Positions 16,451 through 24,523 of a DNA stretch of 32,000 nt are shown in pieces. A program made the position numbers and the translations under genes. Position 1 is the first letter of the stretch, and every line of letters begins with the position of its first letter. Location of the stretch: assembly GCF_042660085.1 (NCBI RefSeq), contig NZ_JBHSTI010000008.1:1569876-1601875 (forward strand), written 5' to 3'. Source of the DNA: Longivirga aurantiaca (GTDB lineage: Bacteria; Actinomycetota; Actinomycetes; S36-B12; CAIYMF01). The notes below the pieces were generated by a model. The model made no database searches and was not told where the DNA came from. It saw only the letters and a list, made by a program, of their open reading frames with translations.

Positions 16451-17893
16451 GTGACCGAGACCCTCGCCAACGCCGTGGCCGCGGCGGACGGGCTCGCCCT
16501 GCCGCAGCCCTACGTCTACCGCCACAACCCTCTGGTCGAGCCCGACTGGCGCCGCTTCCCGGGATGGAAGGACGTCACGGACGACGAGTGGCGCTCCGCC
16601 CAGTGGCAGCGCAGCCACTGCGTGAAGAACGTCGCCCAGCTGCGCGGGGTGGTCGGCGACCTGCTCGACGAGCGGTTCTACGCCGACCTCGAGGCCGACA
16701 TCACCGATGCCGCCACGATGTCGATGCTCGTCCCGCCGCAGATGGTCAACACCATGGCGCCCACCGTGTCGCCCGCCGGCCCCGGCTCGCTCACCGAGGC
16801 GTGGTACGCCGACCCGGTGCGCCGCTACATGCTGCCGGTGCTGAGCGATCGGCGTACCGACTGGACGTCGCACCCGCACGCCACACGTGACTCGCTGCAC
16901 GAGCACGAGATGTGGGCGGTCGAGGGCCTCACGCACCGCTACCCCACCAAGGTGCTCGCCGAGCTGCTCACCACGTGCCCGCAGTACTGCGGCCACTGCA
17001 CGCGCATGGACCTCGTGGGCAACTCCACCCCGCAGGTCGAGAAGCTGAAGTTCGTCGCCAAGCCCGACACCCGCCTCGCCGACATGCTCGACTACCTGCG
17101 CCGCTCCCCCGGCGTGCGCGACGTGGTCGTCTCCGGCGGCGACGTCGCCAACATGCCGTGGGCGCGTCTCGAGCAGTTCGTCTCCGCCTTGCTCGAGATC
17201 GAGAACGTGCGCGACATCCGCCTGGCGTCCAAGGCGTTCGCGGCGCTTCCGCAGCACTGGCTGCAGGACGACGTCCGCGCCGGCATGGAGCGCGTGGCGA
17301 CGACCGCACGCAAGCGCGGGGTGGGCCTCGCCATCCACACGCACGTGAACTCCGCCAACACCGTCACGCCGCTCGTCGCCGAGGCGACGCGCGCGATGCT
17401 CGAGGTCGGCGTCCGCGACGTCCGCAACCAGGGCGTGCTCATGCGCGGGGTCAACGACTCCGTCGACAAGCTGCTCGACCTCTGCTTCGGCCTGCTCGAT
17501 GGCGCCGGGATCATGCCGTACTACTTCTACATGTGCGACATGATCCCCAACGCCGAGCACTGGCGGCTCGCGGTGTGGGAGGCACAGGCGCTGCAGCACG
17601 GGATCATGGGCTACCTGCCCGGGTTCGCGACGCCGCGCATCGTCTGCGACGTGCCGTACGTCGGCAAGCGCTGGGTCCACCAGGTGCACGAGTACGACCG
17701 CGAGCGCGGGATCACCTACTGGACGAAGAACTACCGCACCGGCATCGAAACCGCCGACTCGGCAGCCCTCGAGCGGACGTACGAGTACTACGACCCGATC
17801 CACACGCTGCCCGAGGCCGGCCAGGACTGGTGGCGCCTGCACGCGGCCGACTCGGTCGCCGCTGCCGACGCCAGCCGCGAGGTCCACTCCTGA
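16451..17893 (+). CDS. kamA: lysine 2,3-aminomutase (radical SAM)
   Basis: CPQYCGHC (CxxxCxxC) radical SAM motif; NPLVEPDWRRFPGWKDVTDDEW.SAQWQRSHCVKN; YYFYMCDMIPNAEHWR; GTG start after GGAGG. Confidence 0.93.
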   Translation: MTETLANAVAAADGLALPQPYVYRHNPLVEPDWRRFPGWKDVTDDEWRSAQWQRSHCVKNVAQLRGVVGDLLDERFYADLEADITDAATMSMLVPPQMVNTMAPTVSPAGPGSLTEAWYADPVRRYMLPVLSDRRTDWTSHPHATRDSLHEHEMWAVEGLTHRYPTKVLAELLTTCPQYCGHCTRMDLVGNSTPQVEKLKFVAKPDTRLADMLDYLRRSPGVRDVVVSGGDVANMPWARLEQFVSALLEIENVRDIRLASKAFAALPQHWLQDDVRAGMERVATTARKRGVGLAIHTHVNSANTVTPLVAEATRAMLEVGVRDVRNQGVLMRGVNDSVDKLLDLCFGLLDGAGIMPYYFYMCDMIPNAEHWRLAVWEAQALQHGIMGYLPGFATPRIVCDVPYVGKRWVHQVHEYDRERGITYWTKNYRTGIETADSAALERTYEYYDPIHTLPEAGQDWWRLHAADSVAAADASREVHS

Positions 17894-17898
17894 CCCAC

Positions 17899-17950
17899 CG
17901 ATTCGGTAGTGCAAACTCGCGCTCTACTGCGACTTTCCACTACCGAATCG
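17899..17950. repeat. 52-nt palindromic element copy E1: 22-nt arm, 8-nt loop GCTCTACT, 22-nt arm (20/22 paired)
   Basis: CGATTCGGTAGTGCAAACTCGC-GCTCTACT-GCGACTTTCCACTACCGAATCG; outer 13 bp perfect. Confidence 0.9.
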
Positions 17951-18889
17951 GGCTTCCGCGGCTGTCCTGATCCGCGCGAACTGGGAGACGATCCTGACCT
18001 CGTCGCAGACGAGCACCTGGGCCGGCACATGCAGCACCTGATGTCCGAGCGCCACGGCGGCCGCGTCCTTCGCGAGGTCGGCGGCGCGGCGGGCGGGATC
18101 GTCGTGCGTGGGCCCGTCGACCTCGATGAGCAGCAGTGAGCCGTCGGGCAGATCGACCGCCAGGTCGTAGCGGCGTACGCCTTCGGGCGTCTGTAGAACG
18201 TGCTGACGACGGAAGGACGTGAGGCCCGCACGACGCAGCAGCGCGCCGACGGTCACCTCGGTCAACGCGTCGGCGCCGTCCGCCGCGTGCTCAGCCGCTT
18301 CCCGGATCGTGTCGACGAAGCGCACCTTCGTCAGTCGCGCGAGGCAGTCCACAACACCCTCTGGCGTGACGATGCCCTGCTGGACCGCGGCGAGGACGAG
18401 ACCCGCCGCGCGCCTTCGACCACGTTGCCGCGAGGCGGCATCGATCGTGGCGCGCGCGGTGGTCACGCAAGCAAGGCCTCCGACCGTGGTGAGGTCGATC
18501 GTGTCGAGATGGCGTGTGTGGTGGACCCGGACACCTGGGAGCGGTGATACCACCACGCCGTGCGGGACGAGGATCTCGACGTCCGCGGTACTCCAGCGGG
18601 TGAAGCCTCTCAGCTCGAGAGCAGTCAGGGCATCGAGCGCCGCGCGCTCACCGGCATGGAGCAGCGCTGCGTGCCCCATCTGCTCGACGGAGAGCGCTCC
18701 GGTCATGAGTGCCAGGACTCGCGGACCGACCGGCTGCCATCGCTGGGCCCTGACCTGGCTGCGAGCATGATCATGGCTCACACCCAATGCCAGCAGCTGG
18801 TCCCGATGAACGAGCCCGGCTTGTGACTCGGCGAGCTCGAGGAGCCCAGGGACAAGGGCGAGTGGCTGAGTACGACCCGTCATGGGCAC
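17924..18889 (-). CDS. DUF559/Vsr-like endonuclease-domain protein with AbiEi-like wHTH N-terminus
   Basis: 321 aa. N-term LLELAESQAGLVHRDQLLALGVSHDHARSQVRAQRWQPVGPRVLALMTGALS; C-term VRRYDLAVDLPDGSLLLIEVDGPTHDDPARRAADLAKD (D...ExDGxxH nuclease-like motif). Stop codon lies inside E1. Confidence 0.82.
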   Translation of the reverse strand: MPMTGRTQPLALVPGLLELAESQAGLVHRDQLLALGVSHDHARSQVRAQRWQPVGPRVLALMTGALSVEQMGHAALLHAGERAALDALTALELRGFTRWSTADVEILVPHGVVVSPLPGVRVHHTRHLDTIDLTTVGGLACVTTARATIDAASRQRGRRRAAGLVLAAVQQGIVTPEGVVDCLARLTKVRFVDTIREAAEHAADGADALTEVTVGALLRRAGLTSFRRQHVLQTPEGVRRYDLAVDLPDGSLLLIEVDGPTHDDPARRAADLAKDAAAVALGHQVLHVPAQVLVCDEVRIVSQFARIRTAAEARFGSGKSQ

Positions 18890-18910
18890 AGGCTGGGCAG
18901 GCGACGACGG

Positions 18911-18924
18911 ACCGAGCCCTCGGT
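18911..18924. promoter_or_regulatory. short perfect palindrome ACCGAG-CC-CTCGGT upstream of the DUF559 gene, candidate operator
   Basis: 6-bp arms, 22 bp upstream of the ORF start at 18889. Confidence 0.25.
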
Positions 18925-18971
18925 CGCTGGTCCAGCTGGGGATACCACGCCGTGATGCCGTCCCTGTGGGC

Positions 18972-19023
18972 CGACTTGGTGGTGGAATCTCGCGCTCTGC
19001 TGCGACTTCCCACTACCAAATCA
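18972..19023. repeat. 52-nt palindromic element copy E2, same orientation as E1
   Basis: CGACTTGGTGGTGGAATCTCGC-GCTCTGCT-GCGACTTCCCACTACCAAATCA; 43/52 identical to E1. Confidence 0.87.
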
Positions 19024-19512
19024 GAGGGCGGGCGGGCGGTTCTCGTACGGCGTGGAGAGTACGACGCTCGTGCGCGTGGAGACGTTGGCCTTGGCGCGGA
19101 TCTCAGCCAGCAGCAGCTCGAGGTCGGCGGGGCTGCCCACCCGCACCTTGAGCACGTACGACTCGTCACCCGCGACCGAGTGGCAGGCCTCGATGGCGCT
19201 GACAGCCTCGAGCCGATGCGGCGCGTCGTCCGGCGCAGCGGGGTCGATGGGCTTGATCGAGATGAGGGCGGTGAGCGGGAGCCCGAGCTGGTCGTGGTCG
19301 ACCACGATCGTGTAGCCCTTGATGACCCCGCGCTGCTCGAGGCGGCGAACCCGCTGGTGGACGGCGGACGTCGAGAGCCCCGTGGCCTTGCCGAGGTCGG
19401 TGTACGACATGCGGCCGTCGCCCGCCAGCAGGCGCACGATCGCCTGGTCGATCTCCTCCACGAACGCACAGCCCTTCGTCCCGACCGGCCCGCACGACCG
19501 GATCTCCGGCAC
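19021..19512 (-). CDS. Lrp/AsnC family transcriptional regulator
   Basis: IDQAIVRLLAGDGRMSYTDLGKATGLSTSAVHQRVRRLEQRGVIKGYTIVVDHDQLGLPLTALISI...VRVGSPADLELLLAEIR. Internal GTG (about 19461, VEEIDQ) is an alternative start. Confidence 0.9.
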   Translation of the reverse strand: MPEIRSCGPVGTKGCAFVEEIDQAIVRLLAGDGRMSYTDLGKATGLSTSAVHQRVRRLEQRGVIKGYTIVVDHDQLGLPLTALISIKPIDPAAPDDAPHRLEAVSAIEACHSVAGDESYVLKVRVGSPADLELLLAEIRAKANVSTRTSVVLSTPYENRPPAL

Positions 19513-19592
19513 AACCTACCGAGAGGCGCACGGATGTCCCGCCCGATACCCGGATCGTGACCACTACCGGCGGGTAGCGAGAGGGGCCCGCC

Positions 19593-20750
19593 TCAGGAGG
19601 TGAGCGACCGCCCGATGACCATGCGCTGGACCTGGTTGGTGCCCTCGACGATCTGCAGCACCTTGGCCTCGCGCATGTAGCGCTCGACCGGGAAGTCCTC
19701 GACGTAGCCGTAGCCCCCGAACACCTGCACGGCATCCGTCGTCACCTTCATGGCGACGTCGGTCGCGAAGAGCTTGGCCTTGGCCGCCTCGACCGAGAAC
19801 GGCATTCCGCGGTCCTTGCGACGCGCGGCCTCGAGCACGAGCGCGCGGGCGGCCGACACCTGCGTCGCCATGTCGGCGAGCATGAACGCGATCCCCTGGA
19901 ACTCGCCGATGGCCCGGCCGAACTGGCGCCGCTCCTTCGCGTACGCCGAGGCCGCGTCGACCGCGGCCTGCGCGAGCCCGACGGCGCACGCGGCGATGCC
20001 GAGGCGGCCGGAGTCGAGCGCGGCGAGCGCGATCTTGAAGCCCTGGCCCTCCACGCCGACCAGCTGCGACGCCGGCACCCTCGCGGAGTCGAGCAGCACC
20101 TGCGCGGTGCGCGACGCCTTGGCACCCATCTTGCGCTCGGGCGGCGCGCTGGACAGACCGGCCGTGTCGGCCGACGCGACGAGGCAGGAGATGCCGCGGG
20201 CGCCGTCGTCCGAGGTGCGCACCATGAGGTTGTAGAAGTCCGCCACTCCCCCGTGCGTGATCCACGCCTTGGTCCCGTCGACGACGTAGTCGTCGCCGTC
20301 GCGCACCGCTCGGGTCACGAGCGCGGCGGCGTCCGAGCCCGACGACGGCTCCGACAGGCAGTAGGCACCGAGCTGGTCGCCGCCGAGCATGCCCGGCAGC
20401 CACCGCGCCTTCTGCTCGTCGGTGCCGTACTCCGCCACCGGGAAGCAGGCGAGCGAGTGCACCGACACCGAGATCGCGACCGACAGCCAGGCGCCGGCGA
20501 GCTCCTCGAGCACCTGCAGGTAGACCTCGTACGGCTGGCCTCCGCCACCGATCTCCTCGGCGTACGGCAGCGACAGCAGCCCTGCGGCACCGAGCACCCG
20601 CAGCTCGTCGCGGAAGAACGTGCCGTCGTGCTCGTACTGCGCCACCTTCGGTGCGAGCTCGGCGTCGGCGATCTCGCGGACGAGGTCGAGCAGCGCGACC
20701 GACTCCTCCGTCGGGAGCATGCGGGACGCCGGCGTCACGGACAGCGCCAT
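19593..20750 (-). CDS. acyl-CoA dehydrogenase
   Basis: LGAYCLSEPSSGSDAAALVTRAVRDGDDYVVDGTKAWITHGG...RRQFGRAIGEFQGIAFMLADMA...QVFGGYGYVEDFPVERYMREAKVLQIVEGTNQVQR. Confidence 0.95.
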   Translation of the reverse strand: MALSVTPASRMLPTEESVALLDLVREIADAELAPKVAQYEHDGTFFRDELRVLGAAGLLSLPYAEEIGGGGQPYEVYLQVLEELAGAWLSVAISVSVHSLACFPVAEYGTDEQKARWLPGMLGGDQLGAYCLSEPSSGSDAAALVTRAVRDGDDYVVDGTKAWITHGGVADFYNLMVRTSDDGARGISCLVASADTAGLSSAPPERKMGAKASRTAQVLLDSARVPASQLVGVEGQGFKIALAALDSGRLGIAACAVGLAQAAVDAASAYAKERRQFGRAIGEFQGIAFMLADMATQVSAARALVLEAARRKDRGMPFSVEAAKAKLFATDVAMKVTTDAVQVFGGYGYVEDFPVERYMREAKVLQIVEGTNQVQRMVIGRSLTS

Positions 20751-21866
20751 CTAGACCACCACCAGCTCGCGCGGGCTGTGGTTGACCCGCTCGCCCGCCG
20801 ACTCGCCGCACACGACGATGTCCTCGATGCGCGCTCCGTGCTGCCCGGGCAGGTAGATGCCGGGCTCGATCGAGAACGCCATGCCCGGCTCGAGCAGCTC
20901 GGTGTTGCCCGTGACGATGTACGGCTCCTCGTGCGTCTCGAGGCCGATGCCGTGGCCGGTGCGGTGCACGAAGTACTCGCCGTACCCCGCGGCCTCGATC
21001 ACCGAGCGCGCGGCGGCGTCGACCGACTCGCACGTGACCCCGGGGCGCACGTGCTCGCACGCCGCGATCTGAGCCTCGAGCAGCACCTCGTAGTACGACG
21101 CGAACTCGGCCGGCGGTTCGCCCACGGAGTAGGTGCGCGTCTCGTCGGAGCAGTAGCCGTCGGGCATGGTGCCGCCGATGTCGACGACGACCGGCTCGCC
21201 TGCCTGGATCACGCGGTCGGACAGCTCGTGGTGGGGGCTGGCGCCGTTCGGGCCGCTGCCCACGATGACGAAGTCGACCGACACATGGCCCTCGGCGAGG
21301 ATCGCGTCGGCGATGTCCTTGCCCACCTCGCGCTCGGTGCGCCCCGCCCGCAGCCACTGCGGCACCTGCGCGTGGACGCGGTCGATGGCCGCGCCCGCGC
21401 GACGCAGCGCCTCGACCTCGTCCGGCGTCTTGCGCATGCGGAGCTCGCGGAGCACCGTGCCCGCCAGCATCTGGTCGACGCCCGGCATGGCCGCGCGCAG
21501 GCGCAGCACCTTCTCGGCCCACATGTGGTTGTCGAGTGCCGCACGCCCGCGCTCGGGCAGCAGCGAGCCGACGAGCATGAACGGGTCGTCGGTCTCCTGC
21601 CAGGTGAGGATGTCGATGCCGAGGTCTCCGATCGGGCTCGCCAGCGCGGCCGGCTTCTCGAGGAACGGCACCACGATCGTGGGGTCGCCCTCGGCCCGGA
21701 GCACGAGGCAGGTGAGCCGCTCGAGCGGGATCGCGTCGTACCCGGTGAGGTAGCGCAGGTCCGGCCCAGGGCTCACGAGAAGGGCGTCGACCTCCTGCGC
21801 CGCGGTGGCCCGCTGGGCCCGGGCGAGACGGTCGGCGAGGTCGGTGATCGGCGGGTGGTTGCTCAC
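20751..21866 (-). CDS. M24 family metallopeptidase (Xaa-Pro peptidase)
   Basis: VVVDIGGTMPDGYCSDETRTY...HRTGHGIGLETHEEPYIV...SIEPGIYLPGQHGARIEDIVV; GTG start 21866 chosen over the ORF-track start at 21992. Confidence 0.93.
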   Translation of the reverse strand: MSNHPPITDLADRLARAQRATAAQEVDALLVSPGPDLRYLTGYDAIPLERLTCLVLRAEGDPTIVVPFLEKPAALASPIGDLGIDILTWQETDDPFMLVGSLLPERGRAALDNHMWAEKVLRLRAAMPGVDQMLAGTVLRELRMRKTPDEVEALRRAGAAIDRVHAQVPQWLRAGRTEREVGKDIADAILAEGHVSVDFVIVGSGPNGASPHHELSDRVIQAGEPVVVDIGGTMPDGYCSDETRTYSVGEPPAEFASYYEVLLEAQIAACEHVRPGVTCESVDAAARSVIEAAGYGEYFVHRTGHGIGLETHEEPYIVTGNTELLEPGMAFSIEPGIYLPGQHGARIEDIVVCGESAGERVNHSPRELVVV

Positions 21867-21912
21867 GACGGCGACCCTACGCCGAGCGCGCTGCCCTGAC
21901 AGACTTCGGCGC

Positions 21913-22272
21913 ATGTGGGTCACCCCTGATGGCGTCCAGCACGTGCTGGCGCTCCCCGAGCCGGCCGAGGTGCTCACGCCCCGGGCGCTCACGTCGTACG
22001 CCGCCCTCGTCGCCTCGACGCCGCGCGAGGACCTCGAGCTCGCGCTGGACGACCGGCTCCTGGCCCTGGCCGATCACGGCTTCGAGCCCGACCCGGGCGG
22101 CCTGTTCGTGGAGCGTGCACCGGCCGAAGGGCTCCTCGACGGCGACCTCGGCAGCCTCGGCGGGCTCGACGCAGCCCTCGCCTCGATCGACCCGCGCTGG
22201 CAGGTGGACCTGCTCTACGCCCTGCACGCCCTGCTGGCCCTGCCCGCCGACGGGACGGAGAACCCGCGATGA
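21913..22272 (+). CDS. hypothetical protein
   Basis: MWVTPDGVQHVLALPEPAEVLTPRALTSYAALVASTPREDLELALDDRLLALADHGFEPD...; ATG 21913; 4-nt overlap with next gene. Confidence 0.6.
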   Translation: MWVTPDGVQHVLALPEPAEVLTPRALTSYAALVASTPREDLELALDDRLLALADHGFEPDPGGLFVERAPAEGLLDGDLGSLGGLDAALASIDPRWQVDLLYALHALLALPADGTENPR

Positions 22273-23201
22273 CCGATCGCAGCCCCAAGCTGATGCTGCT
22301 GGACTCCGCGTCCCTGTACTTCCGCGCCTACTACGGCGTGAAGGAGGACGTCGTCTCCCCCGACGGCATCCCCGTGAACGCCGTCCGCGGGTTCCTCGAC
22401 TCGATCACGCGTCTCGTCTCCGACCACTCGCCCACGCACGTCGTCGCCTGCTGGGACGACGACTGGCGACCCACGTTCCGCACCGACGCGATCCCGTCCT
22501 ACAAGGCCCACCGCGTGGCCGACCCCGCGGCGAACGCCGAGGAGGTGCCCGACACCCTCGAGCCGCAGGTGCCGGTGATCGCCGACGTGCTCGCCGCGCT
22601 CGGCATCGCCCGCATAGGAGCGCCGGGCTACGAGGCAGACGACGTGATCGGCACCCTGGCGGTGCACGCGACCATGCCCGTGGACGTCGTGACCGGCGAC
22701 CGCGACCTGTTCCAGCTCGTCGACGACGACCGCGGCGTACGGATCATCTACACGGCGAAGGGCGGCGTCGGACGTCCCGACCTCGTCACCGAGGGCTTCG
22801 TCGAGGCGAAGTACGGCATCCCGGGTCGGTCGTACGCCGACTTCGCGGCGCTGCGCGGCGACCCGTCCGACGGCCTGCCCGGCGTGCCCGGGGTCGGCGA
22901 GAAGACCGCGGCGCAGCTGATCACGACGTACGGGTCGCTCGCCGCCGTGATCGCGGCCGCCGACGCCGGCGACCCGGCGGTACGCGCGACGGTGCACGCC
23001 AAGATCGTCGCGGCCGCGGACTATCTCGCGGTCGCGCCGCTCGTGGTGCAGGTCGCGACCGACGTACCGGTACCCGAGCACGATGCGACGCTGCACGCGG
23101 AGCCGGCCGACCCCGACGGCCTCTCCTACCTCACCGAGCGCTGGGGCCTCACGAGCTCTGTCGATCGTCTCCTGAAGGCCCTGCGACGCAACGCGTCCTG
23201 A
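22269..23201 (+). CDS. 5'-3' exonuclease (FEN/H3TH, PolI N-terminal-like)
   Basis: LMLLDSASLYFRAYYGVKE...VACWDDDWRPTFRTDAIPSYKAHR...YEADDVIGTLA...VTGDRDLFQLVDD...GDPSDGLPGVPGVGEKTAAQLITTYGSL. Confidence 0.93.
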   Translation: MTDRSPKLMLLDSASLYFRAYYGVKEDVVSPDGIPVNAVRGFLDSITRLVSDHSPTHVVACWDDDWRPTFRTDAIPSYKAHRVADPAANAEEVPDTLEPQVPVIADVLAALGIARIGAPGYEADDVIGTLAVHATMPVDVVTGDRDLFQLVDDDRGVRIIYTAKGGVGRPDLVTEGFVEAKYGIPGRSYADFAALRGDPSDGLPGVPGVGEKTAAQLITTYGSLAAVIAAADAGDPAVRATVHAKIVAAADYLAVAPLVVQVATDVPVPEHDATLHAEPADPDGLSYLTERWGLTSSVDRLLKALRRNAS

Positions 23202-23205
23202 TCGT

Positions 23206-23868
23206 TCAGGACGCGGAGGCCGACGGCGACGGCGAGCCGCTCTCGCCCACGACCTCGGTGAGCCCGGCCGCCGCCATGTACAGCACGGACAGGCGCTGGG
23301 CAGCCTCGGTGCCGGCGGACCACACGAGGATCATGTCGGTGTTGGTGAGGAAGCCCACCGCGGTGATCTGCGACTTCCGCGCCTGCTCGACCTGGGCGAC
23401 GGGGACGCCGTTGAGGGTGCCGGTGACCGCCTCCTTGCCGCCGAAGCCGCCCACCATGAAGGTCAGCAGCTGCGCCTTGGCGGTGACCGGCACGTCGTCG
23501 CGGAACCGCCAGACCTGGACGCCGCCCACCTCCTGGCCGCCGAACATCAGCTGCCGGGCGATCGCGCCGGAGAACACGCGGGACACCGACGGGTTGGCCC
23601 CCTGCGACTGCACCTGGCCGTCCTGGCCGTCCGCGGTGACGTAGGCGAAGTCGGGGAGCGTCGCGAGGGCCGACTCGGGGAGGATCTCGAAGGTGTCGAC
23701 CGCCGTGCCGGACGGTGACGCGGACGGGCTGGTGGTCGGCTCGGGCGACGTCGAGGCCGACGTCGAGGAGGCGGTTGCCGACGGCTCGCCGGCGGCGCTG
23801 CCGCTGCATCCGGCGGTCAGGAGCGCAGCAGCCAGGACGACGCCGGTCACGGCGGTGGGACGGAGCAC
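23206..23868 (-). CDS. putative lipoprotein
   Basis: MLRPTAVTGVVLAAALLTAGCSGSAAGEPSATASSTSASTSPEP; lipobox LTAGC followed by Ser/Thr/Pro-rich linker. Confidence 0.8.
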   Translation of the reverse strand: MLRPTAVTGVVLAAALLTAGCSGSAAGEPSATASSTSASTSPEPTTSPSASPSGTAVDTFEILPESALATLPDFAYVTADGQDGQVQSQGANPSVSRVFSGAIARQLMFGGQEVGGVQVWRFRDDVPVTAKAQLLTFMVGGFGGKEAVTGTLNGVPVAQVEQARKSQITAVGFLTNTDMILVWSAGTEAAQRLSVLYMAAAGLTEVVGESGSPSPSASAS

Positions 23869-23941
23869 GGACGGACCTCCTCAGGGTCCTGTCACGCTAC
23901 CCCGGCTCTGCGGGATCCCTGGAATCGGCGTCACAGCATGG

Positions 23942-24487
23942 TCACGGCCGCTCGTGCGCGAGCAGGGCCCAGATCGCGAGGTCGCCCCATTCGCCCCGGA
24001 ACCACGACTCCTCGCGCAGGTGGGCCTCCTGGCGCATGCCCAGGGCGGCGGCGAGCCGGGCCGACCGGTGGTTGCGAGGGTCGAGCTGGGCCCACACGCG
24101 ATGGGCCCCGAGCAGGTCGAAGGCGACGTCGACCAGCGCCGCAGCCGACTCGCGCGCGAAGCCGAGCCCCTGGACGTCCGGGTGGAAGATCCAGCCGATC
24201 TCCGCCTGCGCGTTCTCCAGCGAGCTCCACTTCAGCGTGAGGTCGCCCACGACCCGGCCCTCGTGCTCGACCGCGAGGTGCACGACGTCGCCGTCGGCCT
24301 CGACCCGGGTGCGTCCCGCGCGCTCGGTCACGAGCTCGGCGATGCGCTCGCGCGGCTGCGGGTCGAACATCAGGTAGCGCGTGACGTCGTCGAGGCTGCG
24401 GTAGGCGTGGATGTCGTCGACGTCGCCGGGTGCCCAGGCCCGCAGGAGCAGGCGCTCGGTCACGACGGGCAGGGGGACGGCGGTCAC
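23942..24487 (-). CDS. GNAT family N-acetyltransferase (RimJ/RimL-like)
   Basis: VTERLLLRAWAPGDVDDIHAYRSLDDVTRYL...EIGWIFHPDVQGLGFARESAAALVDVAFDLLGAHRVWAQLDPRNHRSARLAAALGMRQEAHLREESWFRGEW. Confidence 0.92.
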   Translation of the reverse strand: MTAVPLPVVTERLLLRAWAPGDVDDIHAYRSLDDVTRYLMFDPQPRERIAELVTERAGRTRVEADGDVVHLAVEHEGRVVGDLTLKWSSLENAQAEIGWIFHPDVQGLGFARESAAALVDVAFDLLGAHRVWAQLDPRNHRSARLAAALGMRQEAHLREESWFRGEWGDLAIWALLAHERP

Positions 24488-24523
24488 GTGCTGAGCCTCC
24501 CACCCGCACCCGGCGTCGACCGG

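Noticed and set aside
17899-19023. E1 and E2 interpreted simply as rho-independent terminators for kamA and lrp
   Set aside because: Position fits termination, but neither has a U-tract and 43/52 identity including loop sequence is not expected of independent terminators. They may still terminate transcription secondarily.
17899-19023. E1/E2 as a CRISPR or classical insertion-sequence inverted-repeat pair
   Set aside because: Only two copies about 1 kb apart with no regular spacers, both in the same orientation, each internally palindromic. The enclosed gene has no transposase motif and no target-site duplication is evident.
18787-19560. Plus-strand 257-aa ORF crossing E2 and the Lrp gene
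   Set aside because: Coding signature belongs to the minus-strand Lrp/AsnC gene; the ORF spans a palindrome and intergenic sequence.
19564-19577. CTACC-GGCG-GGTAG hairpin between acyl-CoA dehydrogenase and the Lrp gene as a third copy of the 52-nt element
   Set aside because: Shares only the short CACTACCG-like string; no loop or inner-arm similarity.
20253-21899. Long plus-strand ORF (548 aa) opposite acyl-CoA dehydrogenase and the M24 peptidase
   Set aside because: Arg/His/Asp/Gly-rich low-complexity translation typical of the antisense strand of high-GC genes; the minus strand has clear family motifs.
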